DNA from: Octopus vulgaris
Lineage: Eukaryota
Reading direction: 5' to 3'
DNA: 64,000 bases
Assembly (NCBI GenBank): GCA_951406725.2
Contig: OX597835.1
Span: 37,634,001-37,698,000, forward strand
The translations under genes and the position numbers were made by a program. The notes under the pieces were generated by a model. That model had not been told where the DNA came from and ran no database searches. It saw only the letters and a list, made by a program, of their open reading frames with translations. Shown here in pieces: positions 39,060-52,805 of this stretch; within the stretch, counting starts at the first letter, position 1; the number at the start of each line of letters is the position of its first letter.

Positions 39060-40760
39060 ATTCTCTAGAACAATTAGTTTCTATTTGATGACACCTACTA
39101 CTGATAGGTGTGTGGAATTGCGATGGGAACAAATGCACCCCCATCTCTTGCGAACCTAATAATAGGATATTTAGAATTAACCTTATATGAAGTATCACCA
39201 CAAAAATAGGGATACCCATGTTACCATTATATGAGAGAGGACTGGAAAAGATATCTGGATGAATGCTTTGTCATTTGGAATGAGACCATTGATAAACTCT
39301 TTGAATTTATATCAATACTAAATAATATAAAACCAAATATTCAGTTTACAATGGAATATAGCAAAGGACAACTTCCATTTACTCTTTTACTCTTTTACTC
39401 GTTTCAGTCATTTGGCTGTGGCCATGCTGGAGCACCGCCTTTAGTCGAGCAAATCAACCCCAGGACTTTTTCTTTGTAAGCCTAGTACTTATTCTATCGG
39501 TCTCTTTTGCCGAACCACTAAGTTACGGGGACGTAAACACACCAACATCAGTTATCAAGTGATGTTGGGGGGACAAACACAGACACACAAACATACACAC
39601 ATACATATATATATGCTAGCATGGAAAACGGACGCTAAACGATGATGATGATGATGATGATGATATATATATATATATACATACATATACATATACATAT
39701 ATACGACGGGCTTCTTTCAGTTTCTGTCTACCAAATCCACTCACAAGGGTTTGGCTCGAGGCTATAGTAGAAGACACTTGCCCAAGGTGCCACACAGTGG
39801 GACTGAACCCAGAACCATGTGGTTGGTAAGCAAACTACTTACCACACAGCCACTCCTACTCCTAGATATATTTCTAGATATTTTGATAGGAAAATGTCAG
39901 CAACCAAATTGAAGCTGATATCTATCATAAACCAATAGACTCAAGGCAGTATCTTCTGTTTGGTTGATGCCACCTAAAACCCATCAAAAGAAATATTCCT
40001 TTTAATTTACCGAAAAGGATTTGCACAATATTGTCTGACACAAATACTTGGGACTTTTGACTTCAAAACTTCAGAAGAACACCAGCCAAGAGACATTATC
40101 CACCCTCACTTATAGATGATGGAAATAAACCAGTGAAGAAAATAGGCATCAAAACGCTAAGGGAAACAAAACAAAATCCCATACCTTATCTAAAAATACT
40201 GAGGCATACACCCCATTATTCAAAATGTACCAGTGTTCACTAGGGATCCAAAGATGAACCACATTCTACAAACGCACAAATTCATCAATTGTAAAAAACA
40301 ACTCAAATCACTAAAAAGACTGATAAATGTGAAGCTATACCCAACAACAACAAAACCAAAACTTTAAAAATTGGTGATGTCCAAATTGCGGAATATGTCC
40401 CAACCTAGTGGAAGGTTTCAAATTCCATTTCAAAACAATGGAGATTCAAAATTAAAACCAATTTCAAAGGTGCATCTGAAAATTTAATTTATGCAATAAC
40501 TTGTTCAGTTTGTGAACGATTATATAGGCCAAGCAAAGAAGTCACTTAGCTGGAGAACTACACTGCATAAGGAAGTGATCCATTTCCTAACATATAAACA
40601 GATACAAATTGAGTGAATGCATAAAGAGATGTGCAGGGAATCTCCAAACAAACTTCATGCTTTTCCCCATCTACTAGTGCAAGGAAACAATTTCTATACA
40701 AGAATAATTAAATAAAGAAAATATATTCATTGAAAAATACAAACTATGCCTGAATATGAA
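39060..40760 (+). mobile_element. Penelope-like element (RT plus GIY-YIG endonuclease), decayed, interrupted by SINE A (39380-39862, minus)
   Basis: GIAMGT..PSLANL..GYLE, WKRYLDECFVIW, IQFTME...LPF|LDIL, DIYHKP.DSRQYL, NLIYAITC..C and a downstream IGQ. Confidence 0.85.
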
Positions 40761-41392
40761 TGCATAACCAACTTTCGTTTTTGTAAATATTTTTAGTCAT
40801 GAATGCATAACTAAAACTGTGCATATTTTATTTCCCTACTTGAACTCAAGAGTTTCTATAAACATTTACCCTCCCCAAAAAGTATACCCCACCCAAAAAA
40901 GTGCAATTAACTCCCTTGTCTCAAATAATGACAATCACCAATTATCTCCCCTTAGATTCATTTACAAACAAATGCGGATTCCTTTACAAACAAATCCTCA
41001 TACAAGCAACATGGACTAAAAACTTTTTAAGAAAATATGGAATATTTTCACCAGTTTCAATGTCATGATTAGCAAAATGCAAAGCTGGTTGGCTACCATA
41101 GTATTCTACACTTTAAAATATATTAAAAATATATAAATTATATAATTATATATATATAATTATAAATTTTCTTTCTTTTATTGTATATTTTTTTCACTGC
41201 AACTCACCACATGAATAAAATCTCAAACAAAACTCTTTTTTACTACATGCATATATATATATACATATATATATATACATATACATACACATGCACATGC
41301 ACATACATATACATACACATATATTTTAAATAAAATGAGCCAACAAAACCTAGGCTGGGTGGAATTTATAGGACATTTATATAGAGAAAGGT

Positions 41393-41443
41393 AGTTCTAC
41401 AGCTGTTTCTAGGAGATTAGGAATATCCCATCATCAGAGATGA
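41393..41443 (-). ncRNA. Type I hammerhead motif, canonical core, weak stem I
   Basis: CATCT-CTGATGA-TGGGA..TCCTA-GAAA-CAGCT-GTA-GAAC; stem III palindrome ACAGCTGT. Confidence 0.55.
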
Positions 41444-41642
41444 TATGAGAGAGTTAACTAGATAGAAATAGTAGTGTTCAATATAAGGTGTTATTTTGGT
41501 AAAAGATGGATATAGGAAGTATAATGGGAAATAAGAGAATAAAATTAAAAGTAAAAATATATGTCGGATGTTACAGTTGTAACATATATGCATGTATATG
41601 TATATTTATGTTACAGTTTTAACATATATACGCACATATCCT

Positions 41643-42030
41643 CATCATCATCATTGTATAACCTCCGCCTTCCATGCTAGCATGGGTTGGACGATTTTGA
41701 CTGAGGGCTGGTGAACCAGACGGCTACACCAGGCTCCAATCTTGATCTGGCAGAGTTTCTACAGCTGGATGCCCTTCCTAACGCCAACCACTCTGAGAGT
41801 GTAGTGGGTGCTTTTTACGTGCCACTGGCACAGGGCCAGTCAGGCGGTACTGGCAATGACCTCGCTTGAATCTTTTTACACATGCCACTGGCACAGGTGC
41901 CAGTAAGGCGACGTTGGTAACGATCACACTTGAATGGTACCCTTTTACGTGCCACCAGCACTGAGCCAGTTGGCTGCTCTGGCAACAATTACGCTCAGAT
42001 GGTGCTCTTGGCACCCTACGGGCAGGGGCA
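41643..42030 (-). mobile_element. Family C element
   Basis: Reverse-complement copy with (CAT)n tail. Confidence 0.75.
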
Positions 42031-42036
42031 CATATA

Positions 42037-43827
42037 TCTCTTATTATAAAAGGCAGATTTTATCTGCCTCCCTTTGTATCTTATAGAAATCTACAATATA
42101 GGATTTCTTCAATTACAATTTACCTAGCATTTTTAAGAGTAGAATGCATCGGGTCGTGCCAGGTCCAGTTTTTAAAATTTCAACCCCAATTAAGCAAAAT
42201 TTAGAGAAAACTCACATTCTGGTGTATAAGTCAAATGCTTTTCTTAGTGTGGCTTACACCACACGCACACGCACACACACAGTGTGCAACGAATAAAGTG
42301 AAAGTAATTCACTTTTTGTACTGAGTGACTCTTTCACTCTGCCACTTCCTCTTTACACACATAGACACGCAAATATATAAATAAAATTGTAAGCTAACGT
42401 GTGTGTGTGCGTGTGTGTGAGTGTGTGTGTGTGTGTGCGTGTGTGCGTGTGCGTGAGTGTGTGACAGGAAAGTTTTTTAGGACGAATATAAGACCTATAT
42501 CCAAGTAGCAGAAAGATCGCCCAAAAGTGTATATAGATATTTAAATGTATTTATATATTCATCTATACACAGATGTATGTATAATGTGTGTGTATATATT
42601 TCCATAGAGGTAACCTTTCACTCCATACAAAGTTTTTTAGGATGAATATAAGATCTAAAGTTATCTCTAAATAGCACAAAGATCGCCCAAAAGTGTATAT
42701 AGATATATAAATGTATTTATATATTCATCTATGCACACATGTATGTATAACGTGTGTGTATATATTTCCATAGAGGTAACCATTCACTCCATACAAAGTT
42801 TTTTAGCACGAAAATAAGATCTAAAGTTATCTCTAAGAAACAGAAAGATCGCCCAAAAGTGTATATAGATATTTAAATGTATTTATATATTCATCTATAC
42901 ACACATGTATGTATAATGTGCGTGTATATATTTCCATAGAGGTAACCATTCAATCCATACAAAGTTTTTTAGGACGAAAATATTTATATATAAAAGAAAG
43001 GTTGTATGTCTGTCTACTCGGATTTAGATTCCTAACTACTCCCACATTTTGCGATGCAGTTTAACCAAAACCGGGTATCTTATAGTCGTGATTCATATCG
43101 AGCCCTTCTGGGTATTAGCGCGCGTCTACGATGAGTCTATGATTTTACAAATAATTTACCATCATTCTTTTCCATTTTAATGCATATTTTTTTAAATAAA
43201 GGGAAGTAACTCTCAAACTTCACACCAATATGCGTGCTCATATACGATGTAATATCACATCAGCAGCATTTCCTCACACCCTCCTTGCACTTGGCGAAGG
43301 CAAAATACCAGGGGATGAAAATGGTAATATTGCCATCGATTCCATTTGTACCATTGTTAAGACGCCTTCTGATCTCAGAGATGCAGTGTTCCCAGATCTA
43401 CAAGCTAATTATCAGAATATGGATTGGATTGGCAAAAAGGCTATACTGGCCCCGAGGAATAAAACTGTTCACCATATTAATGATGAAATGCTAAAACTCA
43501 TTCCTGGGGAAGTCTATGTATATCAGTCTGTCGATACAACTCCTGACCCAGAGGACGTCATCAACTATCCAATAGAGGTACTCAATTCCTTTGAGCACCC
43601 CGGACTAGCACCACACTTTCTCAAACTTAAAGTTGGTGTCCCTATAATGCTCATCAGAAATTTGGTTCCCCCAAAACAATGCAATGGCACACGTTTGATC
43701 GTTAAGTCCTTATCTCCCACCGTAAACTTATATCAATATTTGCCTGAATAATCATCATAATTCAGTGCAATCATTAACAGTACTTTCAAGCAATTCAGCC
43801 CCGAGCAACGCCGGGCAATTCTGCTAG
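42037..43827 (+). mobile_element. Internally deleted Helitron with three 166 bp tandem repeats and a helicase fragment
   Basis: A|TC start; CCCGAGCAACGCCGGG hairpin and CTAG|T end; GATCGCCCAAAAG at 42515, 42681 and 42847. Confidence 0.85.
43230..43751 (+). pseudogene. Helitron PIF1-like helicase fragment
   Basis: KAILAPRN..V..IN, Y.SVD, YPIEVLNS..PGLAPH.LKLKVGVPIMLIRNL...CNGTRLIV. Confidence 0.9.
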
Positions 43828-45336
43828 TATATATATATTTGTATTGTGCTTTGTGTTTATGGTTGTCTCTCCTTCCACTTCACAGCCAGTGATAGTTTGT
43901 TTATGTCCCCATAAACTTTGGCAAAAAAGAATGGTAGAATAACTAAGTGCCAGATGTAAAAAATAGTTCTGGTGTCAGTTTGTTTAACTAAATTTTTTAA
44001 GGTAGTGCTGTAGCATGGTCACAGTCCTAACATTGAAGCAAGCGAAAGATAAGAGGTTATTTATTTAGATTAATTTAAGAAATTTGTTTGATTTTCATAA
44101 ATTTAGAAAAAAAAATTCACGGAAGTCTTAAGATGCTCTTAGTTGGTTAAGTTGTCCTTTTTTAGGACTTTTCATTTTCACGTGTTTTTTTATGTAACAT
44201 TTTCCAATTATTTTTTATTAAGTCTTTTTAAAAATAAAAAGTGTATTGGGATTTATATGTTTTAAACATCAGAGATTCAGAATTTGTAAAACTAAATAAA
44301 TATGTAAATAAACTAATAGTTTTTTTCTTCTTTTTGTTAATTACAATTTTTAAAATCAGAAATAGATTACAAAAAGGATTTAGAGCTGAAGTTTCCTTTT
44401 ATGCAAATATATTTTGTTACTATTTGAAATATATGAATACATTTTGCTTTTCATCTGAAAGTATTTGTTGCTTCACTTTCTGAATGCTGCTGTGATTTTT
44501 TTTTTCTTTTTCAAGTTATTTAAAGATGGAAAAATAATTACAAGTGCAAACAGAATATAGTTTTACACTACAAATACAAACAAAATATACTTAATATGCA
44601 AAAACGAAACAAAAACATAGTACAACTATAAATCCTCTAACGATAGTAAATTCCTGATGTTAAAAAAATGTTAGAGTAAAAAAATTATTTTGAATCATTA
44701 TTTTTTTTAGATTAAACTATTTTTATTTCATAGCTATTTTTTTGTCAATACTGAATTTCTAGTGTTCAAATCACGAAGAAAATGGTAAAGACCATTTTTT
44801 TTTTAAAGAGAAAAATTATAATAAAAAACTGTTCAAAATAATCTATGCTAAAATGAAGAAGTGCTGAATTTTCTTTTGATTTCCTTTGATTATTTTCAAA
44901 TTCTGGTGATTTTTTGTGTTTTTCTTAAATTTTCTCAGATTTTCTTAAATTTTTGGCAGATTTTCTAAGAATTAGACTTTTCATTGATTTCTTTTTTCCT
45001 TTTGTTCAATGAAATAATTTAAGAGTCTCTCCCTTTATTATTATTATTATTATTATTGTTATTATTATTATTGTTATTATTATTATTGTTGTTGTTGATG
45101 TTATTACTGGTTTCAAATTTTGGTACAAGGCCAGCAATTTCAGGAGAGGGGCAAGTTGATTACATTGACCCAGTGTTCAACTGGTACTTATTTTATCAGC
45201 CCTGAAAGAAAAGGAAGGCAAAGTCGACATTGATGGGATTTGAACCCAGAATGTAATGATGTATGAAATGTTGCTACGAATTTTGCCCTTCATGCTAACA
45301 ATTCTACCAGCTCACCACACTATCATTATTGTCGTG

Positions 45337-45384
<48 letters not shown>

Positions 45385-45424
45385 TAATTATTATTATTGT
45401 TGTTGTTGTTGTTGTTGTTATTCA

Positions 45425-45566
45425 TATACACACAACAGATTAAACTGTTGGAAAAGAAAAGAATCCTAACATTGGGCTACAACAAGTAACCTTAAATGCC
45501 AAGAACCCTCCTAAGTATCCTAGCTGTCCCTAATGACACTGTTTCCTGGAGCTGTACTAAACTGGG

Positions 45567-45570
<4 letters not shown>
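45425..45570 (-). mobile_element. R4/Dong-like LINE 3' end within a (TTA)n tract
   Basis: PSLVQLQETVSLGTARILRRVLGI*. Confidence 0.6.
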
Positions 45571-45601
<31 letters not shown>

Positions 45602-45745
45602 ATAACTGTTCAATATTTGGTAGATTGAGGCAAATTTCTACTGCATCACCTGCTATACCTCTGTGTTGCTGGGGTGTGTGCAGCACTGCATGTTCTTTTC
45701 TGCTGTTGAGAGTGTGCAAACCTTTCCCAGTACTGTACTCTGTTG

Positions 45746-45830
<85 letters not shown>

Positions 45831-46357
45831 CATCATCATCATCATTATCATTATCTACAATACACTAAAAGTCAGTTTGAATCTTACTTGCTTGCTTACA
45901 ATGTTAAATACCAAAAACGGTGCACAATGGGAAAATATTCCGAAAATAATCTTCATCTTGAAAGGGAATGAACTTTTATCTTTCTATTAGACACAGGGAC
46001 AATGAAAAAAATATGAGTTTTTTTTACAATAAATGTTTCTAGTTTCACTTTTGTTAAACACAATATTTTAGTCATTTAGAAATATTTTTAAATGAATGTG
46101 ATTTCAAAAATGTAAGCTGTTTGTGCAGGATTTATATTTTAGCTTTCTTTAAACAGACAATATTCTGTTTTTTAGATTATTTTCAAGGGAATAACCATTA
46201 CAAAAATTGTTTTTGGCATATTTAAATATATTTTAAAGTCGAAGTGACTCTAAAAATACAGTAAATATTTCGTAAAAGATCTGTTCATAATCTCGGTGTG
46301 AAATATCTTTTATCCATGGGTTTTTTTTTTACTGCATTCAACGTATCTCACCTCCAA

Positions 46358-46471
46358 AGATTTGGCTGCTATTTCTAACATGCCTGCTACCACGTAACAG
46401 CTATTTCCAATAAAGGACTGGAAATACCTGTTATGTGGTAGCAGGGTGTGCAAGAAATAGTAACCAAATCT
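46358..46471. repeat. Short palindromic MITE-like element
   Basis: AGATTTGGCTGCTATTTCT...TGCTACCACGTAACAG / CTGTTATGTGGTAGCA...AGAAATAGTAACCAAATCT. Confidence 0.6.
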
Positions 46472-47129
46472 TTTCTGTTCTGGGAAAGCAGCTGTTTGCA
46501 CGTGATTTCGTTGTCACATTCATTGAAAGCTTGCAAAATACACATATTTTCTCATGTTGCTTGGTTTTCATGACTGATCGAGAACTGCTGTAATAAGGAT
46601 GTCTTTCTTTCACCAATTGAGCATTTTCTCAACCATCATGTGTGTATCTGTGTGTTTTTGTATCTGTGTTTGTCCCCACCACCGCTTGACAACCAGTGTT
46701 TGTGTGTTTACATCCCTATAATTTAACGATTCAGCAAGAGAGACCGATAGAACAAGTACCGGGATTATAAAGAATAAGTACTGAGGTCAATTCATTCAAC
46801 TAAAATTCTTCAAGGTGATGCCCCAGTATGGCCACAGTCTAATGCCTGAAACAAGTAAAAAATCAAAGGTCAAAAAATGCAAGTTACTTTCAGGTTCTGT
46901 CTACCAAATTCCTTCAGAAGACATCGGTTAGTTTAAAGATTTAATAGAAAACTTTTGCCCAAGGTACCACAAAGTGGAACTGAACCCGAAACCACAATAT
47001 TACAAAGCAAGTTTCTTAACCACACAGCCATGCCTGTATCTCTTTTGCATTTTCTAATGACCATTTCAACTGTTTGTTCATTTATGGCTTTGCTTAATAA
47101 CTCAAACTTATTTTTTGTTTTCCTCTCAG

Positions 47130-47324
47130 GCAGCAGACATTCTACGGGGTGCCCTAAACAGTTCCAGTTTACTGAAAAGATGGGTGGCTGCATATTGCCT
47201 GGGATATTTCTGTCTCTGGAATTCAGACATTATCAACGAACTCATCAAGCAAATATTCATGATGCCAAAATCAGAGAAAATGATGCATGGAATACAACTC
47301 CTTATCATACTCAGTGAAGAAACG
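47130..47324 (+). CDS. HEATR4: Internal exon (195 bp, phase 0/0) of a HEAT repeat-containing protein 4-like gene
   Basis: Acceptor TTTTTGTTTTCCTCTCAG, donor GTAAGT; AADILRGALNSSSLLKRWVAAYCLGYFCLWNSDIINELIKQIF...IQLLIILSEET aligns without gaps to my recollection of human HEATR4 AQEIM...WAAAQCLA...ILLSYLSEKT. Confidence 0.75.
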
Positions 47325-47597
47325 GTAAGTTTCACAACAAGTCTTTGGTTATTATTGCTGGCAGATGTGTTAGCATGCCGGACAAAACGCTTTGTGGCAT
47401 TTCATCCGTCTTCATGTCCTGAGTTCAAATTCCACCGAGGTTGACTTTGCCTTTTATCCTTTTGGGGTCGATAAAATAAGTTCTAGTTGAACATTGTGCT
47501 TGATGTAATTGACTTACCCCCCCAATATACACACACACACATATATATATATATAAACAATGATGATGATGATGATGATATATACATAAATGTATAT

Positions 47598-47800
47598 ATA
47601 TAATAAATATTAGGGAATAAATCCAAATTTACAGGGAAAAATCAGATTTAGGATTAAATCCAATTTTATAGTAAAATATTACACATTAATTAGAGACAAA
47701 ACACTATTTTGCAAAACAAACAAGGAAAGACTTAATCAATATATAATATATATATACTTTTTTTATATAAACAATGTATTGATTAAGTCTTTCCTTGATG
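47598..47800. mobile_element. AT-rich fold-back element in (TA)n; second copy at 60055-60303
   Basis: Shared TAATTAGAGACAAAAC.ACTATTTTGCAAA...GACTTAATCAAT with inverted partial duplication. Confidence 0.65.
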
Positions 47801-47808
47801 TTTTGATA

Positions 47809-47854
<46 letters not shown>

Positions 47855-48089
47855 TCGTATACATACATACATATATATGTACATACACACGCACACATAC
47901 ACACACATATATATATATAGAAGGTGGGCTACTTTCAGTTTCTGTCTGCCCTACCAAATTCTCTCACAAGCCTTTGGTTGACACATAGTAGGATGGTACT
48001 TATCTATGGTGCCCTACTGTAGAATTGAACCTGAATCTCCATAATTAGAGTTGCAGGCATCATAAGCACAGAGTCATGCTTGCATGTCA

Positions 48090-48740
48090 CTAATATAAAT
48101 CTGCAGCAATGCAAGGGATGCTGTGGGATTACAGGCAACGCTGACAAAGCGAAAGAACCTCATATGCTGCTTACGCAACAGGAGTAAATATCAGGAAAAG
48201 CAACCATGAAATGAATCGTTTTATTTGCTTCAAAAGCTCCCTAAGAGTAGTTGATAGCCGCTCTTATTTAGTTGAACAAATCCGTAGCAGAAGTTGGCAT
48301 TCTGGAAGCATTGCTGGCAGAATAGAAACAGGGTGGAAAAAGTTCAAAGAATTATAACTATGCTAGTAACAAAGGGATTATTTTTCCAGATGAAAGATAG
48401 GTTGTATGAGGGTTTTGTACGGAATGCAATGACGAATTGAATGCGGTTAGGTTGTACGAAGGTTGGCAGGAAATAAAATGAGCATGCTCTGTCGGATGTA
48501 AAATGCTAATGTGCATGAATTACAGAGAATAAATGAACTGAAAAAAGAAAATCTGGGGAGAACAAGTCAGATGTATAGTGCAAGAGAAAAGCCTGCATTG
48601 GTTCAAACATGGAGGACAACAGGGGAAGGACAAAGTCAAAAGGGGAAAAACCAAAGAAAATACGGTGCTGAAAGCCAGTAAAACAAAATGGGCATAAAAT
48701 GATGTTTGATGTTTGATAATGATGACGGTGATGATGATGA
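48090..48740 (+). mobile_element. Highly decayed RTE LINE 3' part
   Basis: RVVDS..YL and RIETGWKKFKEL match the 5210-5330 region; (GAT)n-like tail. Confidence 0.6.
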
Positions 48741-48884
48741 CAGTTGTGGCACCTCTAACATGTAATGTATTGCTTTATATCTTCATAGAAGAACCAGAAT
48801 CTTTCTGTTTAATCTTATTGGTACCAATCTGACAGAAACTGTCACTCGTAGCATGTTACAGACTTCCTAATTTAAATTGAGCGA

Positions 48885-49250
48885 AATTAAAATCTTCCAA
48901 TCAAAATTTTATGTTAATTTATGTTGCAAACACCAATTTACTAATGACAAACTTATGTTACAAAATTTGTCATGATTTTCCAAATTAATTCAAATAAAGA
49001 CAGTGCATTTCAAAAAAAAAAAAAACAAGCTACAAAAATCTTAAGGTGATCTAAATCAAAATTCTATATCAAAATTCTATCTAAATTTAAGTTCCAAACA
49101 TCAGTTTGATAATAACAGAATTATTTTTTAAAGTTCTTAATGATTTTCAAGATTAAATTAAAAAAAAAAAAAAAAATGCAGTGAATTTCAACAGAGAAAT
49201 GGTAGCAAAATTCTTAAATTAAAGACTTCTATCAAAATTCTATGTAAATT
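48885..49250. repeat. Diverged ~165 bp AT-rich tandem repeat (~2.3 units)
   Basis: ATCAAAATT(T/C)TAT(G/C)T recurs at ~48900, ~49067 and ~49230. Confidence 0.5.
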
Positions 49251-49335
49251 GCTGCAGGAGTGGCTGTGTGGTAAGTATCTTGCTTACCAACCAAATAGTT
49301 CTGGGTTCAGTCCCACTGCATGGCATCTTGCCTTA

Positions 49336-49366
<31 letters not shown>

Positions 49367-49924
49367 TGCCCTGATGCAGTACCAGGCAGTGACTCTCATA
49401 GCTTCTGATCTTAACTGATTGGAAGTGTTATCCTGTACATTGTTTTGTCTTGGTATAAAAGATGGGCTACAGCAAATATTCTGTTCAATACCACAGATTT
49501 GCTTGTCAGTTGTTTGACCTTAACCAGTTGAGCATGTCCCATGGTGGCTGACGTTATGTGCATCTCTGATCACGAGCAGAAGTAGTGGGGGAACATCATA
49601 GCCGTGTGTTGAAAGGAATTATTAGAGGTTTGGATAATTCACCTTTGGAAACATGGGTGTTTTGTTCAACATTCATAAACAACCCTTATTCAGGGATCTT
49701 TTGAGGTGGGATAGGTTACTCGACCACATGAAAATTCTAACTGGGCCCCACCTGCAAGGTCATGTTCTGTTTATCTTGATATGAGATCACCATGTCGCGC
49801 ACATATGGTTGTGATGCATTTGCCTTTGTACCCTTGTCAGACGGGTAGTCATGATGAGTATACTGGGCTTTGTATATTTGTATCCCAGTGTCACTTTGAT
49901 GTCATGCACTGCTCTCTCACTCAA
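49367..49924. mobile_element. ~560 bp (TAA)n-flanked repeat, second copy
   Basis: Collinear with 20663-21222. Confidence 0.75.
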
Positions 49925-49926
49925 TT

Positions 49927-50016
<90 letters not shown>

Positions 50017-50318
50017 TAACATGTATTTTAACTTTTGTATAAATCTTCATATATTCTCAGAGCATTTTTCATCATTTATTTCTTCTTCAGATTAGAAATG
50101 ATTTATATATGTGTGTGTGTATGTGTATGCTTGTGTGTGTGTGTCTGTATGTGTGTATAACGAGGGTGGTCGTGCTGGTGGGGGCAACTGTCGGGCAATG
50201 GCGATGATGATGATGATGTTAATGATGAAAAACAATGGAGATGACAAAGATGATAATAATAATGTCCAATAGTACCAACAGCAGCAGCAGCAGCAGTAAT
50301 AGTAGAAGTAGTAGTAGT

Positions 50319-50382
<64 letters not shown>

Positions 50383-50419
50383 TTGCCTGCTTCAGCCAGT
50401 TTGAATATGACCGATGACC

Positions 50420-50670
50420 ATCAAGACATTGTTGTATAATGTCCTTATATACATTTACTTTCTTTTAAATCTCTCCAGTTCTTCATATATTATCTTGCCA
50501 CGTAATTCTTGCTTCTTTCCCCCCTCCACCTCCTCCCAACCCTCTACCCTTCTGTCCTTTACCATTCCTTTTACCTTCTATTATCAATCTCTGCAAAGTA
50601 TTTTCTTTCCAATTAAGTGTCCAAAATATTTTACTTTTCTCTCATTGACGGCGTCGAATAAAATTTGCTC
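50420..50670 (-). mobile_element. RTE/BovB-type LINE C-terminal remnant
   Basis: RKVKYFGHL then ENTLQRLIIEGK across a frameshift. Confidence 0.5.
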
Positions 50671-50735
50671 TTAAACACATACACACACGCACATATATGT
50701 ATATATACATACATATATATGTATATACATACATA

Positions 50736-50783
<48 letters not shown>

Positions 50784-50923
50784 CACATACATATATATAT
50801 ATATACATATACACATATACATAATATATGTATATATATATATATATATACACACACATACATAATATATATACTCACATATAAATGTACACATATATAT
50901 ATGTGTGTATATATTTATATATT

Positions 50924-50995
<72 letters not shown>

Positions 50996-51250
50996 CATAT
51001 ATACATATGCATATATACATAGAAAGTAGTCGCCATATTCCCTTCCACATTGGATAACTCTGATGAGCGTTAAGTTATATAATCAGATTGTTACCTAACA
51101 CTCCATTGTATTCTTTATGCAAAACCGCAGCTATGATGAATATTCAATTCTGTACATTTTGGATAATAATACACATACATATATCCAAATCATTCATACA
51201 TACAGACATATGTACCTACGTATGTATGTATGCATATGCATGAATATATT

Positions 51251-51440
51251 TAGGGAGAGTTTACGAAAAAAACAAAAGAGGAAGACAGGTGGTGTACAAA
51301 ACAAACAGATGTATTAGTATAATGCTCAGGAATAGAAAAAGTCTTTTATGTTTTGAGCTTACGCTCTTCTACAGAAAGGGACACAGAAAAAAACAAGGAG
51401 AGAAAAAATGTGTGTAGTAGCTAACGATCTATCATGGCAA
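51251..51440 (-). mobile_element. Family H1 element
   Basis: CTTT-CTGTAGA-A-GAGC gtaa GCTC-AAAA-CAT-A-AAAG. Confidence 0.65.
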
Positions 51441-51509
51441 CTGAATATATATTATATATATATCTTATATATATGTATATATATATGTGTCTTCCAAGCT
51501 ATACACATA

Positions 51510-52400
51510 TTTACATGCATCAAAATACAGAACCAGATACTGCAACAGCTTGGGCTTCAAAGGCCCACAGCTCTTCACTATCCTTCCAAAATGCCTGAGA
51601 GACCTGCATGGTGTGGATGTAAGTGTGTTTGAAGCAAAACTGGATCTCTTCCTGTCAAGGGTTTCAGATGAGTCTACCTCATGGCTGGAAGCACAGATGA
51701 GAGCAGCAGCATCAAGTTCCATCATTGACCAAATGCCACATATCAGAGGAGGTTTCAAATATTAGTGTAGTTCAGTCAACAGTGGTGCTCCAGCGTGACT
51801 CCAGTTTTGAAGTTGAAATATTTTAAAAGATTTTATATGAATATAAAACTATGGTCACCACACAATATAAAGTTAACAGCAGAACTCAAAGCAATCCAAT
51901 GAAGCTACACTAAGAAGATCTTCTCATTGCAACATATCAGCTACTGGGAAAGACTGAAAGTATTAAAACCCTGGAGCAAAGGCGAGAGAGATACGCAGTG
52001 ATATACATCTGGAAAATCTTGGAGGGTCTTATCCCGAATTTTGGTATTCAAAGTTACCCCATCAGCAGAATGATCCCAACATCATAAAAATACAGGACCA
52101 GATACTGCAACAGCTTGGGTTTCAGGGGACCACAACTCTTCAATAGCCTTCCTAAATACATGAGAGACCTGCATGGTGTGGATGTGGGTTTCTTTAAAAC
52201 TAAACTGGATATCTTTTGTCAGGGGTCCCAGATGAACCTACCGCTCAGCAGGAAACACAGATGTGGGCAGCAGCATCAAACTCCCTTGTTGACCAAGTGC
52301 CACGTATCAGAGGTGGTTTTACATACCAGTGTAGCTCATTCAACAGTGGTGCCCCAGCATGGCTGCAGCCTTCGGGCTGAAACATTTTTAAAGATTTAAG
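51510..52400 (+). mobile_element. Two adjacent CR1-like LINE 3' fragments
   Basis: RYCNSLGF(K/R)GPQLF..LPK..RDLHGVD twice, same family as 15890-16585; a further piece lies at ~53340-53470. Confidence 0.8.
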
Positions 52401-52440
52401 GATTAAGGATATAATGATATAATGATATACATACACACAT

Positions 52441-52502
<62 letters not shown>

Positions 52503-52770
52503 AGACATGTGACCTGATGGTTAAGGTATTCAGCTCCCAATTGAGCAAGACACTTTATTTCACTTTGCTCCAGTCCACTCAGCTGGCAAAAATGAGTTAT
52601 ACCAGTAATTCAAAGGGGCCAGCCTTGTTTACATTTTCTGTCAAGCACTGAATCTCCCTGAGAACTCTGCTAAGGGTACGCACAGTGTCTGTGGAGTGCT
52701 CAGCCACTTGCATGTTAATTTCACAAGCAGGCTGTCCCTTTGATCAGATTGCCTGGAACCATCATTTTTG

Positions 52771-52805
<35 letters not shown>

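Noticed and set aside
42470-42982. CRISPR-like regularly spaced repeats
   Set aside because: The whole 166 bp unit is repeated with no unique spacers; eukaryotic Helitron context
51055-51135. CTGATGA followed by a hairpin
   Set aside because: No GAAA or stem III in register
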